DNA from: a virus
Reading direction: 5' to 3' (one strand)
Length of the DNA stretch: 45,230 nucleotides
IMG/VR virus record: IMGVR_UViG_3300009093_000022
The notes beneath the pieces are model-generated. The model did not search any database. It was not told the DNA's origin and saw only the letters and a list, made by a program, of their open reading frames with translations. Positions 26,961 through 32,447 of this stretch are shown here, piece by piece. The translations under genes and the position numbers were made by a program. Each line of letters starts with the position of its first letter. Within the stretch, counting starts at the first letter, position 1.

Positions 26961-26977
26961 ACGAAAAGATGAAATGG

Positions 26978-27178
26978 TTATGCGACCTCGACGCGAACAA
27001 GCAACCCAACGGGAATCTGCTTCCCGAGCCGGAGTGCTGCGCCGATGATTTCGTCGCTGGTTCGCTGGTCGAGAACCTCGGGCCACTGCGATACGGCGCT
27101 CTTGGTGATTCCAAGAGCACGGCCAAGAGCGGCACCGGAGCCGAACATAGCGATCGCTTGGAATTTGGTCAGGGTCAT
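26978..27178 (-). CDS. Cro-like (Cro/YdaS family) HTH regulator
   Basis: 66 aa. GSGAALGRALGITKSAVSQWPE is typical of the Cro/YdaS family. Divergent from the CI-like gene and first gene of the lytic operon. Confidence 0.7.
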   Translation of the reverse strand: MTLTKFQAIAMFGSGAALGRALGITKSAVSQWPEVLDQRTSDEIIGAALRLGKQIPVGLLVRVEVA

Positions 27179-27205
27179 CGCTCATCCTCACTTCTGAATG
27201 AGTTC

Positions 27206-27234
27206 AGTGTAGTGCACTTCACGCAAACAGTCAA
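27206..27234 (-). promoter_or_regulatory. Sigma70-type early promoter for cro-like operon (PR analogue)
   Basis: Minus strand reads TTGACT-N17-TACACT. The -35 is at 27234..27229 and the -10 at 27211..27206. A 15-mer ACTACACTGAACTCA (27199..27213) overlaps the -10 and start site. Confidence 0.6.
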
Positions 27235-27269
27235 ATCGACTTCACTTAGGCCGGTGTAGCCTGCTTCAC

Positions 27270-27641
27270 ATGACACTCCCTGAAAAAATCAAGCTGATCA
27301 TGGCGACCGCGACCTACCAAGGTGCGCGGATTGATCAGACAACTCTCGCCAAGATAGCCGGCGTCACGAAGTCGGCCGTGGGGCGCTGGCTGAAGGAAGA
27401 AGTGAATCCCAAGATCGCGCATGAGCACGCCCGGAGCATCGAGGCGAAGCTCGGATTCAGCGCCGATTGGCTGGCCTACGGCGAAGGCCCGATGAGGCGT
27501 AACTACGTGGCATCGGCCGCAATGCAAAGGGTTCTCGAGCGCCTGGTAGAGATCGATCGCCTCGGTGGCGTCGACCGGGAAGACGCCCTGTACATGCTGG
27601 AAAAACTCCTGCCAACTTGGGAGAAGAAAGATACGGGATAA
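27270..27641 (+). CDS. CI-like repressor (HTH only, no S24 peptidase domain)
   Basis: 123 aa. QTTLAKIAGVTKSAVGRWLK is an HTH. Divergent from cro. No Shine-Dalgarno sequence precedes the ATG, so the mRNA may be leaderless. Confidence 0.6.
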   Translation: MTLPEKIKLIMATATYQGARIDQTTLAKIAGVTKSAVGRWLKEEVNPKIAHEHARSIEAKLGFSADWLAYGEGPMRRNYVASAAMQRVLERLVEIDRLGGVDREDALYMLEKLLPTWEKKDTG

Positions 27642-27736
27642 ATACCTATTAAGCAGGAGATCGACTGGCGCGATCATCAACATTCGGCATTCAATATGAA
27701 AAATTGGAGCCGATTGTTAAACTTTTTGGGGGATAT

Positions 27737-27922
27737 ATGGCATACGCTGGCAGGCCAACCAACGTCATATTCCTCTCTCGGGACAGACCACGTAAGAACC
27801 CGCAAGAGGGACCACAAAGCGAGGAAGATCGATGCACACAATGCCGCAAAAAAGATAGAAGATTGCTAGACTGCTTGGAATTGATGAAGCAGATTGTGCA
27901 AGACAGCCACAAGAAGCAATGA
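27737..27922 (+). CDS. Small basic 61-aa protein in AT-rich moron downstream of cI
   Basis: ATG at 27737 preceded by GGGGGA. Product MAYAGRPTNVIFLSRDRPRKNPQEGPQSEEDRCTQCRKKDRRLLDCLELMKQIVQDSHKKQ. The stop is followed 13 nt later by a strong terminator. Competing ORFs exist in other frames. Confidence 0.3.
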   Translation: MAYAGRPTNVIFLSRDRPRKNPQEGPQSEEDRCTQCRKKDRRLLDCLELMKQIVQDSHKKQ

Positions 27923-27934
27923 AACCCCAGATAC

Positions 27935-27960
27935 AGCCCGCAAACGCGGGCTTTATTTTT
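27935..27960 (+). terminator. Rho-independent terminator
   Basis: AGCCCGC-AAAC-GCGGGCT followed by TTATTTTTG. Confidence 0.8.
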
Positions 27961-27980
27961 GCCCGTCCAGTACACTCCAC

Positions 27981-28009
27981 TTGACTGCTGCGGTTGAGTC
28001 AACTACACT
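27981..28009 (+). promoter_or_regulatory. Sigma70-type early promoter for the plus-strand operon (PL analogue)
   Basis: TTGACT (27981..27986)-N17-TACACT (28004..28009). The spacer holds the palindrome GTTGAgTCAAC. A 15-mer ACTACACTGAATTCA (28002..28016) matches the PR copy at 14 of 15 positions. Confidence 0.6.
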
Positions 28010-28041
28010 GAATTCAACTGATCGACACCCGCGAGGCAGCC

Positions 28042-28329
28042 ATGACAAACCTGATCAACACCTTCCGCGCCGGCTTCACGGTCGATCCGCGCGAGCTGGA
28101 ACGCGAGGTCGCAAGGAAGCTTGCCCGTCACGAGCTGTACGACGAGCTCGACGCGGACAACAAGGCCGAGACGAAGCTATTCGAGCTTCTGATTGAAGAC
28201 GACACGGACGAGAACGCGAAGCGTATCGGTCATCTGGTCTGGTCGGTCTACGCCCGGTTGGTGAGGCGCGAAATCGACACTATGAACGAGCAGATCGCGG
28301 AGCAGTCGGTGCGCGATCGGGCGGCTTAA
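28042..28329 (+). CDS. Hypothetical early protein
   Basis: 95-aa acidic, helical ORF. First gene after the PL-like promoter. GAGG RBS. Confidence 0.6.
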   Translation: MTNLINTFRAGFTVDPRELEREVARKLARHELYDELDADNKAETKLFELLIEDDTDENAKRIGHLVWSVYARLVRREIDTMNEQIAEQSVRDRAA

Positions 28330-28342
28330 CTAGGAGGCGGAC

Positions 28343-28552
28343 ATGTTTATCGAGAAGATTCTGAGTCAGCATCGCAACGATTTCACGGCGACGCTGAAGT
28401 GTGAGCACTGTGGCAGCACGCAGAAGCTTGACAGCGGATATCACGATGACTTCTATCACTCGAAGGTGATCCCGGCGATCGGGTGCCACTCGTGCGGAAA
28501 GCGCCGGGATGGGTCAACTGGCCAATCCGAGTTTCAAAGTGTAGCTGCGTAG
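28343..28552 (+). CDS. Small zinc-ribbon-like protein
   Basis: 69 aa with CEHC...CHSC Cys pairs. TAGGAGG RBS. Confidence 0.6.
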   Translation: MFIEKILSQHRNDFTATLKCEHCGSTQKLDSGYHDDFYHSKVIPAIGCHSCGKRRDGSTGQSEFQSVAA

Positions 28553-28561
28553 GAGGGAATC

Positions 28562-28768
28562 GTGGACTGGTATCAGGAAATCAGCGTAACCAACGGCGTG
28601 ATGTACGCCGGCTCCCGGTGGATCGGTTCGTTTTCCTCGCACGAGGCAGCGCTGGAGATCATGAGCATCCGGCGCGAGCAACGGACGGTGTACAGCGCGC
28701 GTGAGACGCATTGCTGTACGGAGTCCGATCTCGAGCTTGCCGAAGCCATCAATTTTGACGAGAGATAG
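28562..28768 (+). CDS. Hypothetical early protein
   Basis: 68 aa. GTG start with AGGAGGG 5 nt upstream. Confidence 0.55.
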   Translation: MDWYQEISVTNGVMYAGSRWIGSFSSHEAALEIMSIRREQRTVYSARETHCCTESDLELAEAINFDER

Positions 28769-28771
28769 ATC

Positions 28772-28918
28772 ATGAACTTCCATCGCCTACATACCGTACT
28801 CGTGCTTTTGTCCGGTGGCTATCTTGAAGTCGCCTGCGCAGACATGGAGCTGCCGGAAATGCAGCGACATTGGCAGATTCGGCGGACCGTGGACTACGGG
28901 CAAGTTTGCTGGTGCTGA
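28772..28918 (+). CDS. Possible 48-aa ORF
   Basis: Hand-translated as MNFHRLHTVLVLLSGGYLEVACADMELPEMQRHWQIRRTVDYGQVCWC. Weak RBS. Confidence 0.25.
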   Translation: MNFHRLHTVLVLLSGGYLEVACADMELPEMQRHWQIRRTVDYGQVCWC

Positions 28919-28924
28919 CTGTTT

Positions 28925-29041
28925 TGTAGGGAGAGGAATGCCCAGGTGGTGACTGAGCGCATCGTCTGAACTACGGTTAATCAGCGCTGGGAAAATCTGA
29001 CGCCAGCAAGCCAGAGCTTCACCACTGGCCCTCTCCCTACA
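28925..29041 (+). repeat. Long-range inverted repeat enclosing about 93 nt; candidate structured RNA
   Basis: Perfect 12-bp arms TGTAGGGAGAGG (28925..28936) and CCTCTCCCTACA (29030..29041). These are extended by about 11 further pairs (28940..28952 with 29019..29029, two 1-nt bulges). Lies in a gap between small ORFs. Confidence 0.5.
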
Positions 29042-29069
29042 GATCAGTAAGTATTGCGAAGGAGTTGGT

Positions 29070-29195
29070 ATGCGAGCCCACATTTACATGCGGTTCGGCC
29101 TTTGGGTAGCGAGGCTAGAAGATGAAACAGCGCTGCCGTTCCGGACGTTCGAAGGCGCGGCAGCTTGGGCAAAACGGATTCACGAAGGTAACTAA
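29070..29195 (+). CDS. 41-aa small protein
   Basis: Hand-translated as [47 protein letters not shown] lies 6 nt upstream of the ATG. Confidence 0.5.
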   Translation: MRAHIYMRFGLWVARLEDETALPFRTFEGAAAWAKRIHEGN

Positions 29196-29206
29196 CCGAG
29201 GAAGAC

Positions 29207-29920
29207 ATGAAGGTCGAGATCAAACATTGGATTACCGGCGCAGTTCTGTTTGCTCATAGCGCAGATGTGAACGGAATCGAGATCGCTCTGAGAGCTGCTA
29301 TTAACGCTGACGCGAACCTGCGCGACGCGAACCTGCGCGACGCGAACCTGTGCGGCGCGAACCTGCGCGACGCGAACCTGCGCGGCGCGAACCTGCGCGA
29401 CGCGAACCTGTGCGGCGCGAACCTGTGCGGCGCGAACCTGCGCGACGCGAACCTGCGCGGCGCGAACCTGCGCGGCGCGAACCTGTGCGGCGCGAACCTG
29501 TGCGGCGCGAACCTGCGCGACGCGAACCTGCGCGGCGCGAACCTGCGCGGCGCGAACCTGTGCGGCGCGAACCTGTGCGGCGCGAACCTGCGCGACGTTA
29601 AAAACCTTGTCTTCCAAATAATTCCCGCGGAAGGCGCATTCATCGGCTGGAAGAAACTCAAAGACGGCGTAATCGCTAAACTGGAAATCCCGGCTGACGC
29701 GAAACGTAACTCCACACCTATAGGCCGGAAAAACCGCGCGGAATTCGTCCGAGTGCTGGAATTGTTCGGCGCGGAAGAAGCGTTAAGCCAGCATGACGGC
29801 GAGACGGTCTATCGAGTTGGTGAGATCGTACGGCCGGATTCGTACAACGACGACATTCGCCTCGAATGTACGCACGGGATTCATTTCTTTATCACGCGCG
29901 CCGAAGCCGAAGCGTATTGA
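29207..29920 (+). CDS. Pentapeptide-repeat protein with a non-repeat C-terminal domain
   Basis: 237 aa. About 20 consecutive A(N/D)LxX pentapeptides ([15 protein letters not shown]), then a roughly 115-aa domain ([10 protein letters not shown]...[18 protein letters not shown]). GAGGAAG RBS. Confidence 0.85.
   Translation: MKVEIKHWITGAVLFAHSADVNGIEIALRAAINADANLRDANLRDANLCGANLRDANLRGANLRDANLCGANLCGANLRDANLRGANLRGANLCGANLCGANLRDANLRGANLRGANLCGANLCGANLRDVKNLVFQIIPAEGAFIGWKKLKDGVIAKLEIPADAKRNSTPIGRKNRAEFVRVLELFGAEEALSQHDGETVYRVGEIVRPDSYNDDIRLECTHGIHFFITRAEAEAY
29312..29596 (+). repeat. 19 tandem 15-bp units GCGAACCTG(C/T)GCG(A/G)C, including two identical 75-bp higher-order copies
   Basis: Only two variable positions per unit. 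29432..29506 equals 29507..29581. The array lies inside the pentapeptide-repeat CDS. Confidence 0.95.
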
Positions 29921-29939
29921 CACCACCCAGAGGGACCAC

Positions 29940-30269
29940 ATGAACAAGATCAAATCGACGCCGGGGCCGTGGGGCATCAGCGCAGAGTCGCCAACGATCA
30001 TCAAGCAGTTCGATTTCATGGGTGAGTCGCCCGTGATAATTGGATCCGCTGCGTCACATCCGGGTTCGGCGTACTTCCCGACGAACCAAGAGGCTATCGA
30101 GAACGCCCTGCTTTTCGCAGCTTCGCTCGACATGGCCATGACCCTCGAACTGATCGCCGCCGATGCTGACGCCGGGAACAGCCTCCTCACATCAGACGTC
30201 CGCATGGCCCTCGACGCTGCGCTGATCAAGGCAGGGCGTAAGGAAGCTCCGGTTAGGACGGGAGAGTGA
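29940..30269 (+). CDS. Ead/Ea22-like protein (short paralogue)
   Basis: 109 aa from the internal ATG 29940. The STPGPWGI motif and ENALLFAASLDMAMTLE resemble the Ea22-type PGPW / ANA-LIAAAP pattern. Confidence 0.5.
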   Translation: MNKIKSTPGPWGISAESPTIIKQFDFMGESPVIIGSAASHPGSAYFPTNQEAIENALLFAASLDMAMTLELIAADADAGNSLLTSDVRMALDAALIKAGRKEAPVRTGE

Positions 30270-30270
30270 G

Positions 30271-30336
30271 ATGGAAATCTTCATGATCCTGCTGATCTGG
30301 ATGATCGTGCTTCTCGCAATTCTCATGGATCGATAA
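30271..30336 (+). CDS. Micro-ORF, 21-aa hydrophobic peptide
   Basis: Hand-translated as MEIFMILLIWMIVLLAILMDR. GGAGAG RBS. The start follows the preceding stop by 1 nt. Confidence 0.4.
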   Translation: MEIFMILLIWMIVLLAILMDR

Positions 30337-30337
30337 C

Positions 30338-30493
30338 ATGCGCGCCCCACTCCAAAGCATCCGCAAGGTAGACGACAACGAGTTGCTTCGCGCGTGCGGT
30401 CGCGCTTACGCAGGTCTTGCAGCGATCTGCTGCGTGTTGATCGTGGCTTGTGTGACGGTTCAGTTCACTGACGTTTTGGCGGGGGCGGTATGA
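30338..30493 (+). CDS. 51-aa protein with C-terminal TM segment
   Basis: Hand-translated as MRAPLQSIRKVDDNELLRACGRAYAGLAAICCVLIVACVTVQFTDVLAGAV. ATGA overlap with the next gene. Confidence 0.45.
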   Translation: MRAPLQSIRKVDDNELLRACGRAYAGLAAICCVLIVACVTVQFTDVLAGAV

Positions 30494-30852
30494 GCGAGAC
30501 GAAATTTAATCCTCTGGCAAGAACTGCAAGCGCTCAAGAACTTCATGCCGCCGTCGCGAAAGAAGAATTGCCCGCAATCAGCTTGAAATTGGCGGTCGAG
30601 CATCTGGCGTGTCAGGCTGCATGGGATAAACGACGCGGGGACGCCGTTGCTAGGCTGGGCAGTCAATATCTGCTTGGCTGGATGGACCGATCTGCATTAG
30701 CCGATGAAGTTAGGCACGATCTGCTCGAAGCACTCAAGGTGCTCTACGAAGAAACGGTCGATTACATCCAACGCAACAACTTGGGCGATGTACATCACAA
30801 CCTGAGCATGCGTTTATCTCGGGACGCGCTCAACAAGGCTGCGGGAGTCTGA
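30490..30852 (+). CDS. Hypothetical early protein
   Basis: 120-aa ORF, translationally coupled on both sides. Confidence 0.6.
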   Translation: MSETKFNPLARTASAQELHAAVAKEELPAISLKLAVEHLACQAAWDKRRGDAVARLGSQYLLGWMDRSALADEVRHDLLEALKVLYEETVDYIQRNNLGDVHHNLSMRLSRDALNKAAGV

Positions 30853-30853
30853 C

Positions 30854-30982
30854 ATGAAGAAGATCCTCACCCACGACATCACAAAGGTCTTAGCCGGCTG
30901 GATTGTGCTGTTCGTGTTCTGGCTGGTTCTGCCCGCTGACCCTCCGTATGTTGACCAAGCGGTGCATCGGAGTTCGACATGA
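30854..30982 (+). CDS. 42-aa single-TM peptide
   Basis: Hand-translated as MKKILTHDITKVLAGWIVLFVFWLVLPADPPYVDQAVHRSST. GGGAG RBS. ATGA overlap with the next ORF. Confidence 0.45.
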   Translation: MKKILTHDITKVLAGWIVLFVFWLVLPADPPYVDQAVHRSST

Positions 30983-31170
30983 CAGACGACGGGCCCGACT
31001 ACTGGATGGCGCAACAGGCGCAAGAAGAACTGGAATGGCATGAAGAGCGGAGAAAGAATCGTGAGCGAGAAGAAAACCGGATTGCAAAGGCTGCGGGAGC
31101 CCTTCCCGGAACATCAGATCAGCCTCCTCCCCAAGCCCTACAAGCGGGACTCCCCGAAGGGGAATTGTGA
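30979..31170 (+). CDS. Hypothetical 63-aa acidic protein, 3' part overlapping the annealase gene
   Basis: ORF coupled by ATGA to the upstream peptide. The last ~36 codons overlap the Rad52-like gene, where its third-position GC is low. Confidence 0.35.
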   Translation: MTDDGPDYWMAQQAQEELEWHEERRKNREREENRIAKAAGALPGTSDQPPPQALQAGLPEGEL

Positions 31171-31708
31171 TGTGTGTGGTGGCTGGCATGGTCTTCCTGC
31201 CCTCCATTTGAGCTATGTCGGCCACGCCGCTCTTACTGACCGGTTGCTTGAATGCGACGAAAACTGGTCTTGGGAGCCTCTGGCGCTCGGCCCTGATGGC
31301 CTGCCCTTGCTGGACCGTGACGGCGGCATGTGGATCCGTCTGACGGTCTGCGGCGTGACTCGACTTGGTTATGGCGATGCGCAAGGGAAGACTGGACCTG
31401 ACGCCACGAAAGAACGGATCGGTGACGCACTGCGTAACGCAGCCATGCGTTTCGGTGCCGCGCTAGATCTGTGGCACAAGGGTGATCTTCACGGGCCGGA
31501 AGGCGAGCCGGAAGAACCCGAGGTACAAGCTATCACCGAAAGCGAATTCGAGGATCTCCGCGTTGCTCTTCGCGAAGCTGACGATCTCGAAACGCTGGAA
31601 AGAATCGGGAAAGGTGTGCCGCAGAACGCAAGCCAGCAACAGAAGGCCGAACTTGCAACCGAATACACCAAGCGGAAGCGCGCGCTGAAGGCCCAGGTGC
31701 CAGCATGA
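31040..31708 (+). CDS. Rad52/Sak-type single-strand annealing protein
   Basis: 222 aa. LREPFPEHQISLLPKP, CDVCGGWHG, IGDALRNAAMRFGAALDLW are typical of phage Rad52-family annealases. The true start could be GTG 31061 (GGAG upstream). Confidence 0.65.
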   Translation: MKSGERIVSEKKTGLQRLREPFPEHQISLLPKPYKRDSPKGNCDVCGGWHGLPALHLSYVGHAALTDRLLECDENWSWEPLALGPDGLPLLDRDGGMWIRLTVCGVTRLGYGDAQGKTGPDATKERIGDALRNAAMRFGAALDLWHKGDLHGPEGEPEEPEVQAITESEFEDLRVALREADDLETLERIGKGVPQNASQQQKAELATEYTKRKRALKAQVPA

Positions 31709-31983
31709 ATCTGGACAACATCGACCCGACCGTGATCGTGGCACGTGGCGAATATGCGACCGTGAACGGCGAGTACAAAACCACGATGTCCCTGCTGCAA
31801 ACGCGCGTTCAGGGCGCCTGCGATTCGCTGCGTCATGCGTTGCAGCACGACACCGACCGGATCGAGTTGATCGACCAGATCGCAATCCTTCTGTCCAGCA
31901 TCCGGGAAACTGCGGTTATCGCGAAAGAACTGAAAGAGCAGAAAGACGAGCTTTGGGAATCAGCGTGGGGAGGCAGGAAATGA
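31705..31983 (+). CDS. Hypothetical protein
   Basis: 92-aa ORF with ATGA overlaps at both ends. Confidence 0.55.
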   Translation: MNLDNIDPTVIVARGEYATVNGEYKTTMSLLQTRVQGACDSLRHALQHDTDRIELIDQIAILLSSIRETAVIAKELKEQKDELWESAWGGRK

Positions 31984-32369
31984 GCAAGGTATTCGTTCTC
32001 CGCGCGCCTGAACACGGCCACGCACTCGTCAGCTACATCAAGTCGCTTGCCGGCCCCATGGCGGCTTCCGGAAAGCCTCTGATGGTCACGGTGGACGAAT
32101 ATCAGGCGAAGCGCTCCAGCGAGCAGAACCGGCTTCTCTGGGCTCTCCTGACGGAGATTGCCGAACAAGTGGAGCTGGAAGGCAAGCGGTTCGCCAAGGA
32201 AGCTTGGTACGCCCACTACCTCGATCTCTATGCCCCCAAGCAGGAAGGACCGCGCGGCCTTGTGCCGGTGGGATCGAGCCAGATGACGAAAGAGCAGTTC
32301 GCCAATTTTGTGACGCGCATCGAGTGCCACGCAGTGCAGGAACTTGGCGTCGAATTCGCAGCGATTTGA
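31980..32369 (+). CDS. ninB: NinB/Orf-family recombination mediator
   Basis: 129 aa from ATG 31980. KRSSEQNRLLWALLTEIA is a NinB-type SxxQNxxxW motif. Confidence 0.7.
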   Translation: MSKVFVLRAPEHGHALVSYIKSLAGPMAASGKPLMVTVDEYQAKRSSEQNRLLWALLTEIAEQVELEGKRFAKEAWYAHYLDLYAPKQEGPRGLVPVGSSQMTKEQFANFVTRIECHAVQELGVEFAAI

Positions 32370-32447
32370 CTTCATGACAGCCCCCCCTTGGAAGGGCCGC
32401 AGTCCCGGGCCCGACTTTTTGAGGCTGTACTACTGATTGAGGATGAC

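Noticed and set aside
27691-28002. Minus-strand ORFs 27691..28002 (103 aa, TTG start) and 27765..27980 (71 aa, GTG start) in the AT-rich segment as confident genes
   Set aside because: Both have non-ATG starts without an RBS, read through the plus-strand terminator hairpin and have no evident promoter. They are kept only as an alternative hypothesis in the moron finding.
29312-29596. Regular 15-bp repeat array that could be mistaken for a CRISPR or other non-coding satellite
   Set aside because: There are no spacers because the units are contiguous. The period is 15 bp, in frame with a well-supported ORF, and encodes canonical A(N/D)LxX pentapeptides.
29192-29715. ORFs 29192..29617(-), 29254..29715(-) and 29350..29601(+) across the repeat
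   Set aside because: They are low-complexity read-throughs (AQVRAAQVR..., [10 protein letters not shown]..., [10 protein letters not shown]...) created because the 15-bp repeat lacks stops in every frame. None has an RBS or independent support.
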